The notes under the pieces were generated by a model. It was not told the origin of the DNA. It made no database searches and was given only the letters and a program-made list of their open reading frames with translations. Shown here in pieces: positions 18,448 through 27,865 of a stretch of 64,000 nt of DNA (the stretch's first letter is position 1; every line of letters begins with the position of its first letter). This DNA comes from Deltaproteobacteria bacterium (GTDB lineage Bacteria > Desulfobacterota > WTBG01 > CAIYCZ01 > CAIRTM01). The stretch spans positions 2,931 through 66,930 of the forward strand of contig JAJRXD010000054.1 of assembly GCA_024276465.1 (NCBI GenBank). Reading direction: 5' to 3'. Both the position numbers and the translations under genes were made by a program.

Positions 18448-18924
18448 CTACATAAAATATGGTAAAAGTCTTTTGTAGGTTTCTTCAATGCATTCTGAGA
18501 TTACCATGGTGCTGCTCATTACAGGCATAAAATTATGATCACCGTTCCATCTTGCGACAACATGGAAGTGAAAGTGCTCTTCTGCACCCGCACCTGCTGC
18601 TTTTCCAAGGTTCGCCCCGAGGTTAATCCCGTCAGCACACACTGCTTTTTTCAGAGCCGTGACAGCAACCCTGACCTGCAAAAAAAAGTCAGCCATCTCT
18701 TCCAGTGTCATCCCTTCAAGGTCAGAAACATGTCGTCTCGGAATAACCATCAGATGTCCGGCTGTATATGGAAATCTATTCAGTATAACATACGAATATT
18801 TACTTTCCAAAAGAACAAAATGCTTTTTTTTAGAGCTGTTTGTTTCCTTTATGCACAAAAAACATTTATCCGGCTTTTTGCCAAGAATATATTTTATCCT
18901 CCAGGGTGCCCAGATTTTTTTCAT
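18448..18924 (-). CDS. HIT-family nucleotide hydrolase/transferase
   Basis: 158 aa. Histidine triad 'EHFHFHVV'. Confidence 0.9.
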   Translation of the reverse strand: MKKIWAPWRIKYILGKKPDKCFLCIKETNSSKKKHFVLLESKYSYVILNRFPYTAGHLMVIPRRHVSDLEGMTLEEMADFFLQVRVAVTALKKAVCADGINLGANLGKAAGAGAEEHFHFHVVARWNGDHNFMPVMSSTMVISECIEETYKRLLPYFM

Positions 18925-19169
18925 TTAATACCTGAGAAATATTAGTTTTGCCAGCTGATGCAGTATGTTAGCGTAAAACAGGCTAAAACACAACCAAATC
19001 CATAGCAAATATCCTGTAAATTGACTCATGTTTTGGCATGTACATATACCTCTCTGCAATCAGGTAATGTTACTGATGATTATTCAGATTGTTTTGCATC
19101 AACCCGGGGAACATCATAATTGTTGACATGCGGGATAAGCAAAATCATCACATGTCGTGCAAGGATTAT

Positions 19170-20235
19170 GATTATGGGGTCACATCTTGAATAGTACTTG
19201 ATTATGGGGTCACATCTTGAATAGAATCTTAACTTTATTATATTTCTTTTTTAACTGTTTGTCTTTCAACAGTTTTGGTTGAAACAGTCCCGCTCGTTTA
19301 CTCACTGCAGAATAACTCAGACCAAACATCTCCCCGATCTCTGCATTTGTATATATCCCACTTTCCCATAACAGGTATACCAATACATCCCGGTTTTCTC
19401 TATCCTGCGCCTTTACTCTGCCGTTCTGCCTTAATTCCTTCATTTCGATTCCCATAGATTCTGCCGCTTTCCATATCTTTCTCCTTAAACCTTCATTTTT
19501 CAGTACCTGCCTTTGCTGCGGCATTTCTTTATCGTGTTTTTTTAAATATCTTTTGCTAAGTTTTTCGATGAACTCCAGGCTGCCCATGAAAAGACCATGC
19601 TTCACATCTTCCCAAACTTTCTTCTCTTCTTTTGCATATTCTTGCACCTGCTTTCGATATTTTTCATGCCTGTTCTTCCTGGGATAAAATCCAAGCAAAA
19701 TTTCTGTTTTCAGCCAGTCCGGCTTCTTTTTGGCATAGCCATATGCCGGATAACTGCTCCACCGATAATCCACCAACCGTCTTACCTTCCCCGCTCTCAA
19801 TGGGTTTCGATGAATATAGCATGACAGTACCTGTAAATAACTGTCATTCTCTACAAGAAAACTTTTAAATCTTCCCTGAAATAAATGACCACTGCGTCTG
19901 TGTCTCAAATTGTATTGACGGGTGTATGTTTGCCCTAACCACTGCATCCCTCTGGAAAGATTTCCACGCTGTGTTCTCAATAACAGATGATAATGGTTGT
20001 CCATCAGAACGTAACAATATATCTCATTCCCAAATCGGCTGCTCATCTTACCAAGCAATTCAAGAAATACTTTTCTGTCCTGATCGTCTCCCACGATCCG
20101 TCGGCCCTCATTGCCCCTGGACATTATATGATATAATGCCCCCTCATACTCTATACGCCATTGCCTTGCCATACTCTCCCTTCTATCAAGTATTTATCGC
20201 ATTGGCAACGTTTCTTCACTATTCAAGATTTGACC
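19170..20235 (-). mobile_element. RAYT/IS200-like unit: transposase gene bounded by inverted 17-nt repeats, with the 3' repeat tandemly duplicated
   Basis: 25-nt 'gattatggggtcacatcttgaatag' at 19170-19194 and 19200-19224. Inverted copy 'ctattcaagatttgacc' at 20219-20235 (16/17). Confidence 0.65.
19210..20172 (-). CDS. IS200-like/REP-associated tyrosine (Y1, HUH) transposase with a C-terminal DnaA-domain-IV-like HTH
   Basis: 320 aa. 'YHIMSRGN', HUH 'DNHYHLLL', 'GHLFQGRFKS', catalytic-Tyr region 'YIHRNPLRAG'. C-terminus 'VLVYLLWESGIYTNAEIGEMFGLSYSAVSKR'. Confidence 0.8.
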   Translation of the reverse strand: MARQWRIEYEGALYHIMSRGNEGRRIVGDDQDRKVFLELLGKMSSRFGNEIYCYVLMDNHYHLLLRTQRGNLSRGMQWLGQTYTRQYNLRHRRSGHLFQGRFKSFLVENDSYLQVLSCYIHRNPLRAGKVRRLVDYRWSSYPAYGYAKKKPDWLKTEILLGFYPRKNRHEKYRKQVQEYAKEEKKVWEDVKHGLFMGSLEFIEKLSKRYLKKHDKEMPQQRQVLKNEGLRRKIWKAAESMGIEMKELRQNGRVKAQDRENRDVLVYLLWESGIYTNAEIGEMFGLSYSAVSKRAGLFQPKLLKDKQLKKKYNKVKILFKM

Positions 20236-20244
20236 GTTCGCAGT

Positions 20245-20740
20245 AACAGTTGAATATCACACGGGTTAAAGTCCCGTTCGGGGAATTGTCCGTACACCCC
20301 GGTAGTTCAAGGGAGCGGCGTTTGAGTAATCAAGGGTCGTGAGTTTCCCATTGGCAAAACAGCAGGCCGTAACACCAGTGAACTCGTGCGTAGCCTCGTT
20401 ACTTGATTGAAGATGCCGACCCAGTGGTCAAATGGGGAAGGCCGTAGCATTCAGGTTCAGATAACGGGAACAACCTGTGTGATCTTCCGGGGTCGAAGAG
20501 ATGGCATGTTGTGGAAGATATTCATCCCAGTGCTGGAGACCCGCTGTAGTGATGTTTGAGGAACATCAACCACTGTGTATAAGGAAACGAAATCACAGTG
20601 GGCTGCATCGGGAGTCGGAGGGGTTCATAGTACCGCTGATGAGGGAGGGCTGGTCAAAGCAGAGATGGAAAAGCTATTTAGGCACCGCCAAACGAAAGGG
20701 GCGGCAACAGATAAGCTGAACCTAACGTTGTTGTGACCTG
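20245..20740 (+). ncRNA. GC-rich, ORF-poor segment resembling the 5' part of a group II intron (domains I-III plus the first ~23 codons of an intron-encoded protein); truncated remnant
   Basis: 'gggttaaagtccc' (20263-20275) near the 5' end, many local stems, 'ggagtcggaggggttcatagtacc' (domain III-like; 'tcatagtacc' at 20625-20634). Short ORF ATG 20665-20736 'MEKLFRHRQTKGAATDKLNLTLL*'. No domain V seen downstream. Confidence 0.45.
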
Positions 20741-20818
20741 CTCTCTACTCTACCCAATTCCTTGACCCCCAATTCCTGTGTATTTATATTTGACCCAGAA
20801 TTGTCTTCCCCCTCAAAT

Positions 20819-22423
20819 TTAATCTTTATTAATAATCGGATCTAAAAGAGGAATTAAATTATTAAGAGCAATTTTAATAAAATTTCTTAGAGTTGAATGT
20901 TTTTTTAAAAATTCAGACATTCCATTTCCATAATTATAGTATGTGTCTATCAGGAACTTACCTTTTTCTGTCTTGGACAATATGTTATCACGAAGACTTC
21001 TCAGAGTGTCTAAGCAGGAATTCTTTTCACCTAAAATCACAGTTGCAGGACATGTGGGAGGCTGGAGAAATATACCATAAATGTCACCAAATGTTTCCTC
21101 ATTTCGCATATCCGTCCATACAACACAAAATGTCCCCTGATTTTCTCCAGTAATATAATACCGCGCTTTAGCTAACATTTGTTTTCCCATACCAGCCTCA
21201 GATATGGGGAATTCTGATCCCAGAGGTTGACCATTATCATTATACCATCGGCCATATACAGTGCCATTACCATAGAGAGTACCACCCCCACTTGGCATTA
21301 TTGAAGGTCGATTGTAATTTAATAATCTTTTTGACACAGAATCCCTGAAATCATTCCAAACCATCAGGTAAATTTTATTAAATGGATCATATGGAACAGT
21401 GCAATACCCCTGGTCGTTTGATGCAGTGCAAATAGGAAAATCTTCCCCAGGCAGAGTTCCGTCTTTGGCGATTATCCTGCCATAGATATCGATATTTGAC
21501 TCATCTCCCTGATTCCTTTTATCATTCCAGGCAATTATATACTCATTTCGGTTGGGGTTATGGGAAAGATTTTGCTGTCTGCTGTCGTAGCCTCCTGTGG
21601 TAATTAAAAATGAATTACCAATTAAGTCACCATTAATACTTATTCGTATTCCATAAAGACTGCTTACATCACTATAGCAAGGCTCTATTGTACATGTTTG
21701 AAAATCTTCATAGGTTACCATGAACTCATCATCAATTGAGTTATATGCCATTGACGGCGCAAACTGATCTTTAGGATCTTCACAAATAATAAATTCTTCC
21801 CCAGCAAGGCTGCCATCACTGTTAACAAAAACACCATAGATGTCAGACTCACCAGGACCTTTTCGCCTATCATTCCAGATAATAAAAAAGTTTTTATTTG
21901 TGGGGCTGTATTCAACAGCTGGGTGCATCTGATTTCCTTCTTCATCACATATGACAAACTCCTCACCTCTTAATGAACCGTCACTGTTAATAAATTGGCC
22001 GTAGAGATCCCAGTCCTTAAGATATATTGCCAGGTAAGCATTGTTTATGGGATCATAGGAACTTGTGGGCATGTACCGTATGATCTCTGTATTTTTAGTT
22101 GATATTTCTATTTCATCTCCAATCAACTCGCCCGCTGGTGATATTCTTTGACCATATATCACACCAGGAGTTTCTAAGGTTGCTATACCGGCATCTCTAT
22201 AATCCTTCCAGATGATTAAATATTCATCATCTTTTTTGTTGTAGATTGGCCGTGCGAAACCCTGATCATCCTGGGCAGTACAGATAGGAAAGCTTGTGTC
22301 AGAGCTTTGAGTGTTGGTTACAAATGGTTTGCGGGAATTGGCTTTTTCTGTTTTGCCTATAGTGTGAGTGGTAAAAAACAGTACCCCAATAATTGACAGA
22401 CCAATAATTTTTTTTGTTTTCAT
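20819..22423 (-). CDS. Secreted repeat protein, probably a 7-bladed beta-propeller, with a C-terminal helical tail domain
   Basis: 534 aa. Signal peptide. About seven ~55-aa repeats with the pattern 'W.D.R...DIYG..i..dG.l.GeeF.I'. Tail 'LDTLRSLRDNILSKTEKGKFLIDTYYNYG...'. Confidence 0.7.
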   Translation of the reverse strand: MKTKKIIGLSIIGVLFFTTHTIGKTEKANSRKPFVTNTQSSDTSFPICTAQDDQGFARPIYNKKDDEYLIIWKDYRDAGIATLETPGVIYGQRISPAGELIGDEIEISTKNTEIIRYMPTSSYDPINNAYLAIYLKDWDLYGQFINSDGSLRGEEFVICDEEGNQMHPAVEYSPTNKNFFIIWNDRRKGPGESDIYGVFVNSDGSLAGEEFIICEDPKDQFAPSMAYNSIDDEFMVTYEDFQTCTIEPCYSDVSSLYGIRISINGDLIGNSFLITTGGYDSRQQNLSHNPNRNEYIIAWNDKRNQGDESNIDIYGRIIAKDGTLPGEDFPICTASNDQGYCTVPYDPFNKIYLMVWNDFRDSVSKRLLNYNRPSIMPSGGGTLYGNGTVYGRWYNDNGQPLGSEFPISEAGMGKQMLAKARYYITGENQGTFCVVWTDMRNEETFGDIYGIFLQPPTCPATVILGEKNSCLDTLRSLRDNILSKTEKGKFLIDTYYNYGNGMSEFLKKHSTLRNFIKIALNNLIPLLDPIINKD

Positions 22424-22810
22424 GTCACCCCCTTTGAAAAGTTAGTCTTGCTAAGAACTTATTTTCTGACAGAAAAAGGTTAGATTATAATCGGGTGTGT
22501 GTCAATAAAAAAGCCACAAAAATCAAAACCATTACAGATTCTGTTTTGTTAGTTTAGCTGTCAGCACTCAGCATTCAGACAAAAAGAGAATAAAAAAATT
22601 GCTTCCGGTCAAAGTAAAAGGCTGATCTCAAATAAGACTTAAAATTGGTTAAAGTTGACATCTGAATACTCCATATAGGGCGTCCCAAAGCCGGATCCTC
22701 TTGACCCGATGTTCACCTCTTTTTTCCTTTATTAATATTTGAGTTAAGAAGTGTTGTCATGATGATTAACTAAAAAAACAAGGGTAACAGTTCAGTAAAT
22801 ATATTGGGTG

Positions 22811-23536
22811 TTATAAAGAGACCAGTTCCATATCTCCCCATACACCTAAATGTTCATCTTTTATTATCAGTGCCCCACTCACGAGGGATATGTTTTTTGC
22901 TGCATCTATTCCTTTTTGAATATCAGAACTTTTATTGATCATGTTGCCGATAGCAGTTGCAGCAGCATCTGCAAGGCAGGCAGAAGCAGATTTTATGGTT
23001 ACAGCATCAGCAGATCCGAAACTTAATGACGGCCCGACCCTGCCCGATGATGTGCATATTGAACAGGGCTTATCAGCAGATAATATTTTAATTCCAATAT
23101 GTTCACTCAGAGGAGATTCGCCTGCAAAAATGCCAACAGTAATAGCCCTGTCGGTTTTCAGGAAAATATCACCTCCGTTTTCAATGATTACTTCTGCAGA
23201 GTACTTGAGAAGTTCAGTGCCTGTAAACTCGGCCACTGCACCGGCAACAGCCGCCATTGGGCCAACACCAGCAGCTGCAGCTGCCCGCAGCATTTTCTTT
23301 ATAATATCAGGAGCTAAGGGGTCAAAGGGCAGGGGGACGAGGGAGTTGCGAAAGTCCCTGTTTTTCTTCAGATGATTTTTAATTGTTAAGCGTACTTTTT
23401 GAACAGCGTCTTTTGCCTGATCAGCAAGATTGTTTGAAGCACTTATAAAAAGGTCAGTTTCCTCCATGGAAACACTGAAGGAGACAAGACCTTCCGTGCC
23501 AGAGTAACTGCGGTAAGATCTTTTTTCATAAAGCAT
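22811..23536 (-). CDS. UPF0280 family protein (ApbE-like fold)
   Basis: 241 aa. 'GVGPMAAVAGAVAE', 'IENGGDIFL', 'ICTSSGRVGPSLSFGSADAV', 'LADAAATAIGN' match my memory of archaeal UPF0280 proteins. Confidence 0.8.
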   Translation of the reverse strand: MLYEKRSYRSYSGTEGLVSFSVSMEETDLFISASNNLADQAKDAVQKVRLTIKNHLKKNRDFRNSLVPLPFDPLAPDIIKKMLRAAAAAGVGPMAAVAGAVAEFTGTELLKYSAEVIIENGGDIFLKTDRAITVGIFAGESPLSEHIGIKILSADKPCSICTSSGRVGPSLSFGSADAVTIKSASACLADAAATAIGNMINKSSDIQKGIDAAKNISLVSGALIIKDEHLGVWGDMELVSL

Positions 23537-23599
23537 GATTTTTGTGCTATGTGCAAAATATGTGCATTTACGATTTTTCCAGAATTGCTCAATTTAAAT

Positions 23600-26500
23600 T
23601 CAGGTAAGACTTACACTGTTCTTTCCTATCACAGATTCAATTTCACTTATGAAGAGCTGTGATGCACTGGCCCGAAAGGTTTCTCCAAATTTTATAACTG
23701 TTTCACAGTTGTCTGGGACCATGACGTGAAAAAACACCTTTGATTTGCCGGGATTGTTTACTAATATTTTTTTAATGTTTTCTATTTCATGGTTGGTAAG
23801 CCTGTTAACAGGGCACTTTAAATGCACATCAGGATTCATAACTTCAGAGGCTTTGTCAAGAGGGACTATTTCACTGGCAATTATTTTGTTGTTGTGTTCA
23901 GTTTCAGTGTCTATGCTCAGCTTGCCTTTTACAAGCAAGGGGTGTTCATCCTTTAGAAGAGAATCAATTTTGCGGTACAGGTCGGAAAACACAACCACTT
24001 CTATGTTTCCCGAAAGGTCTTCAAAGGTAACAAACCCCATGGGCTCCCCTTTTTTGGTTGTAATCTGCTTGACAGTAGTTACCATGCCGCCAATCAGAAC
24101 TTCTTTTTCTTTTGTGGCTGAAAGCGCAGCTGAAGTATCAGTATTTGTGCAGGCTTTCAATGTGTCCCTGTAATTATCAAGGGGATGTCCGGTTACGTAA
24201 AACCCGAGGCACTCCCTTTCATATGCCAGGCGCTGCTTTTGATCCCATTCGGGAATATCCGGATAATCCACTGATTCGGACTCGATTTTACCTGTAGTTT
24301 TTGCAATCATCTGGAACACGCTAACCTGATTTTTCGCCTTTTCCTTTTGCATTTTTTGAACCCTGTTTACAACATCCTCAAAAGCAATCATCTGCTGAGC
24401 CCTTTTTATATTAAACAGATCAAAGGCACCGCACTTGATAAGGCTCTCTAAAACTTTTTTGTTTGTTTTTCTCAGATCTACCTTTTCACAGAAATCAAAA
24501 AGCGAAGTAAACGGACCCTTTTCATTTCTGGCTGATATTATTGACTCAATAGCATTTTTCCCGACGTTTTTTACTGCTTCAAGGCCGAACCGGATTTTAT
24601 TGCCTGAAACCGTAAAATCCTGAAAGCTTTCATTAACATCAGGCTGCAGAACATCAATTCCCTTTTCCCTGCATTCATTTATGTACTTTACAACCTTGTC
24701 TGTGTTGTCCATTTCAGAGCTCAGCAAAGCTGCCATGAATTCAACAGGATAGTGTGCTTTGAGGTATGCTGTCTGAAAGGTTACATACGCATATGCAGCG
24801 CTGTGGGATTTGTTGAAGCCGTATTCAGCAAATTTGGCCATAAGATCAAATATTTTTTCAGCTTTTTTGCTGTTAATTTTATTCTTTTTCGCGCCTTCCA
24901 GAAATCTTCTTTTCTGTTTTGCCATTACAGCGGTTTTCTTTTTACCCATTGCCCTTCTCAGCAGGTCAGCATCTGCAAGGGAGAAGCTGGCAAGTGTACT
25001 GGCAATTTTCATTACCTGTTCCTGGTAAAGTATTATCCCATGGGTCTCCTTCAGTATTGCTTCAAGCTGGGGAAGATCATAAGAAACAGAAATTTTCCCA
25101 TGTTCGCCTTTTACAAACTCGTCCACCATTCCGCTGCCCAGTGGCCCGGGCCTGTATAAAGCAAGAAGCGCTGTCAGGTCCTCTATGGATTCAGGCTTGA
25201 TCCGTGTAATAAGATCTTTCATTCCTGAACTTTCAAGCTGGAAGATGCCTTCGGTTTCTCCTGAGGAAAGAAGTTCGTATGTTTTTTTGTCATCAAGCGG
25301 AAGCTCGTTCAGGTCAGACAGACTGATTTCCTGGTTGGATTTTATAAGGTTAACGGTCTTGTCAATTACTGTTAATGTCCGCAGTCCTAAAAAGTCAAAT
25401 TTAATAAGTCCAATGCTGTCAATATCGTTCATAGGAAACTGTGTTATTGCAAATTCATCTTTAGGAGCCTTATACAGGGGAAGATAATTGACAAGCGGGG
25501 CATCGGCAATAACCAGACCGGCAGCGTGTGTTGATGCATGACGGGTCAGGCCTTCAAGAGACTTTGATATGGTAATGAGGTGTTTAACCTGGGGGTCTGA
25601 ATCAATCAGTTCCCTGAGTCTCGGTTCCTGTACAAGAGCTTTTTCGATTGTAATACCAAGATCATTGGGAATAAGTTTTGCTATTTTATCAACTTCATTG
25701 TACGGCATGTCAAGGGCACGTCCCACATCACGAAGAACTCCTTTCGCAAGCATTTTTCCAAAGGTTATTATCTGGGCAACATTGTCCGAACCGTATTTTT
25801 CTGTTACATATTCAATGACTCTGTCCCTTTTATCCTTGCAGAAATCAACATCAATATCAGGCGGGTTAACACGCTCAGGGTTCAGGAAGCGTTCAAAAAG
25901 AAGACCATTGGTTATGGGATCAATCTCAGTTATTTTAAGTGCATATGCAACAAGGCTTCCTGCGGCAGAGCCTCTTCCCGGTCCAACAGGATACCCATTA
26001 TCCTTTGCAAATTTAATAAAATCGTGAACGATCAGGAAGTATGTTGTAAAGTGCATCTGCCTGATCATTTTTATTTCATCGTCAAGCCGGCTGCGATAAA
26101 TTTCTGCGAGTTTGTCAAAATCATCAGGGTGTTTCTGCTGAAGCTTTACAATGCGCTCCTCAAGGCCGGAACGTGCAAGCTTTTCAAAGTAGGATTCATT
26201 CGTTTGATTTTCAGGGGGGGTGAAGCTGGGAAACTTATATTCCTTGAATTTTATTTCAAGGTTGCACTTTTCAGCAATAGCTATGGTGTTTTTGATGGCT
26301 TCAGGAACGTGGGAGAAAGACTTCAGCATGTCTTCCGGGGGCTTGAAATAAAGAGCATCGGTTGAAAAACGCATTCTGTTTGAAGATGACATGGTTTTGC
26401 CTGTTTGAATGCACAAAAGCACCTCGTGAGCCTCTGCATCAGGTGCGTTCAGATAGTGACAGTCATTAGTGGCAACAAGCGGGACAGACAGTTTTCTGGA

Positions 26501-27091
26501 AATTTCAAGGAGCCCCTCATTTACCTTTTTCTGGTCATCTAATTTGTTTTCCTGGAGTTCCAGATAGAACCTGTTGTCATCAAAGACTGATCTGTATTCA
26601 TCGGCAAGAGTTAAGGCTTTGGCCATGTTGCCGGACAATATTGAGCTTGGTATTTCTCCATGCAGGCAGGCGGAAAGTGCAATCAGGCCTTCATTGTGCT
26701 TTTCAAGAAGTTCCCTGTCTATGCGCGGGCGGTAATAAAATCCTTCAATATAGCTTGCTGATACCAGCTTTAAAAGATTTTGATATCCGGTCCTGTTCTG
26801 TGCCAGAAGTATGATATGAAAGTTTGATTCCTTAATACCGCCGTGTGAATCCCTGTCAAACCGGCTTTTGGGTGAAAGATACATCTCGCATCCGATAATA
26901 GGCTTTATGCCATTATGCTGAGCTTTCTGATAAAATTCAATTGCCCCGAACATATTGCCGTGATCTGTTATTGAAAGGGCAGGCAGATGAAATTCCTTAG
27001 CTCTTTTAAAAAGATCATCCAGCTTTATAGCTCCGTCAAGAAGGCTGTACTGGGTGTGAACGTGTAGATGGACAAATTCTGCGTGTTTCAC
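23600..27091 (-). CDS. dnaE: DNA polymerase III subunit alpha
   Basis: 1163 aa. PHP domain 'FVHLHVHTQYSLLDG', 'GPGRGSAAGSLVAYAL', 'DIDVDF', OB-fold C-terminus. Confidence 0.97.
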   Translation of the reverse strand: MKHAEFVHLHVHTQYSLLDGAIKLDDLFKRAKEFHLPALSITDHGNMFGAIEFYQKAQHNGIKPIIGCEMYLSPKSRFDRDSHGGIKESNFHIILLAQNRTGYQNLLKLVSASYIEGFYYRPRIDRELLEKHNEGLIALSACLHGEIPSSILSGNMAKALTLADEYRSVFDDNRFYLELQENKLDDQKKVNEGLLEISRKLSVPLVATNDCHYLNAPDAEAHEVLLCIQTGKTMSSSNRMRFSTDALYFKPPEDMLKSFSHVPEAIKNTIAIAEKCNLEIKFKEYKFPSFTPPENQTNESYFEKLARSGLEERIVKLQQKHPDDFDKLAEIYRSRLDDEIKMIRQMHFTTYFLIVHDFIKFAKDNGYPVGPGRGSAAGSLVAYALKITEIDPITNGLLFERFLNPERVNPPDIDVDFCKDKRDRVIEYVTEKYGSDNVAQIITFGKMLAKGVLRDVGRALDMPYNEVDKIAKLIPNDLGITIEKALVQEPRLRELIDSDPQVKHLITISKSLEGLTRHASTHAAGLVIADAPLVNYLPLYKAPKDEFAITQFPMNDIDSIGLIKFDFLGLRTLTVIDKTVNLIKSNQEISLSDLNELPLDDKKTYELLSSGETEGIFQLESSGMKDLITRIKPESIEDLTALLALYRPGPLGSGMVDEFVKGEHGKISVSYDLPQLEAILKETHGIILYQEQVMKIASTLASFSLADADLLRRAMGKKKTAVMAKQKRRFLEGAKKNKINSKKAEKIFDLMAKFAEYGFNKSHSAAYAYVTFQTAYLKAHYPVEFMAALLSSEMDNTDKVVKYINECREKGIDVLQPDVNESFQDFTVSGNKIRFGLEAVKNVGKNAIESIISARNEKGPFTSLFDFCEKVDLRKTNKKVLESLIKCGAFDLFNIKRAQQMIAFEDVVNRVQKMQKEKAKNQVSVFQMIAKTTGKIESESVDYPDIPEWDQKQRLAYERECLGFYVTGHPLDNYRDTLKACTNTDTSAALSATKEKEVLIGGMVTTVKQITTKKGEPMGFVTFEDLSGNIEVVVFSDLYRKIDSLLKDEHPLLVKGKLSIDTETEHNNKIIASEIVPLDKASEVMNPDVHLKCPVNRLTNHEIENIKKILVNNPGKSKVFFHVMVPDNCETVIKFGETFRASASQLFISEIESVIGKNSVSLT

Positions 27092-27219
27092 TTAATAAAT
27101 CCTTTTGTTTTAAGATTTTGTTGTTTTAACTTTGCATAAATTATATCACTATAAAAGGAATTTCTACAGATCAACTTTTGAGTTTTTTTTGTTTTGCTCT
27201 GCCGGTAAAAACTGCTTAA

Positions 27220-27807
27220 ATGCAATCAGGGGTATGTTTAATGGTTAGTTTTGATGATGAAACAGATATTCTCAGGGCTGCTCTAAAAAAGCATAAGCCA
27301 GTAATCTACTTCCCTGGCCTTTTTCTGAACCTGACTGTTGAGGTTATTCAATCTCTTCTGGCAGAAGAGCAGGGTCAGATTGCACAAAAAACATGCATAA
27401 AGTCAGGGCTTATCAGCAGGGACGCAGCATTGTCTGAAGGCCGCTGTATTATTTCTTACGGCAATACAAGGCAGGGAATTCAAAATGCAGTTCAGGCCGC
27501 AGTCCCTGGCAGTGATAAGTCAGAGATCAGGGAAGGTATGGGTAAAATATTTCCCGGTATTTCATCTTATCTTGAAACACAGTTAGAGGGTATTGATTTG
27601 TCGGAGATTGTCTGTTTTTATCATGAAAAATGGGGTAATGCCGCAGGATGGGAGCCGGTAAAGGTTAAAAAGCTGATAACATCTGCAAAGCCTCTCAGGC
27701 AGCTTGAAAAACTCGCTGGTTTTATTTATCAGTGCGAGACTATTCACAGGTACAGGATTTTTGAGGTAATAACAGAATACCTTTCAGCATATGACAGGGG
27801 TGAGTAA
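27220..27807 (+). CDS. Hypothetical protein
   Basis: 195-aa ORF divergent from dnaE. I recognise no motif. Confidence 0.45.
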   Translation: MQSGVCLMVSFDDETDILRAALKKHKPVIYFPGLFLNLTVEVIQSLLAEEQGQIAQKTCIKSGLISRDAALSEGRCIISYGNTRQGIQNAVQAAVPGSDKSEIREGMGKIFPGISSYLETQLEGIDLSEIVCFYHEKWGNAAGWEPVKVKKLITSAKPLRQLEKLAGFIYQCETIHRYRIFEVITEYLSAYDRGE

Positions 27808-27841
27808 GGCAACTGAACTTTATTTTCTTCGCAGTTAATCA

Positions 27842-27865
27842 ATCGCGCGTAAACGTGCTCCTGCA
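27842..27865 (-). repeat. REP-family element, variant head TGCAGGAGC
   Basis: + strand 'atcgcgcgtaaacgtgctcctgca' = reverse complement of 'tgcaggagcacgtttacgcgcgat'. Confidence 0.65.

Noticed and set aside
19170-19224. Tandem 25-nt direct repeat as a possible CRISPR array
   Set aside because: There are only two copies with a 5-nt spacer, and one copy overlaps the 3' end of the transposase gene. It is a duplicated element terminus, not CRISPR.
20501-20719. 72-aa track ORF in the GC-rich segment
   Set aside because: Cys/Arg/Trp-rich and implausible as a protein. It lies within the putative structured RNA.
20245-20740. RNase P RNA as an explanation for the GC-rich structured segment ('taaagtccc', 'ggggttcata.gtac' resemble M1 RNA strings)
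   Set aside because: The near-invariant P4 strands ('GAGGAAAGUCCGGGC' / 'ACAGAACCCGGCUUA') and the 'GGUAAGAGCGCACC' block are absent, and no complementary strand exists for the putative P4. The group II-like reading fits more elements, though it too is unproven.
22935-23375. 146-aa ORF antisense to the UPF0280 gene
   Set aside because: It is an Ala-rich mirror of a gene with strong family-specific motifs.
23745-26365. Multiple 60-150-aa + strand ORFs within dnaE
   Set aside because: All are antisense to an intact 1163-aa DnaE and have no motifs.
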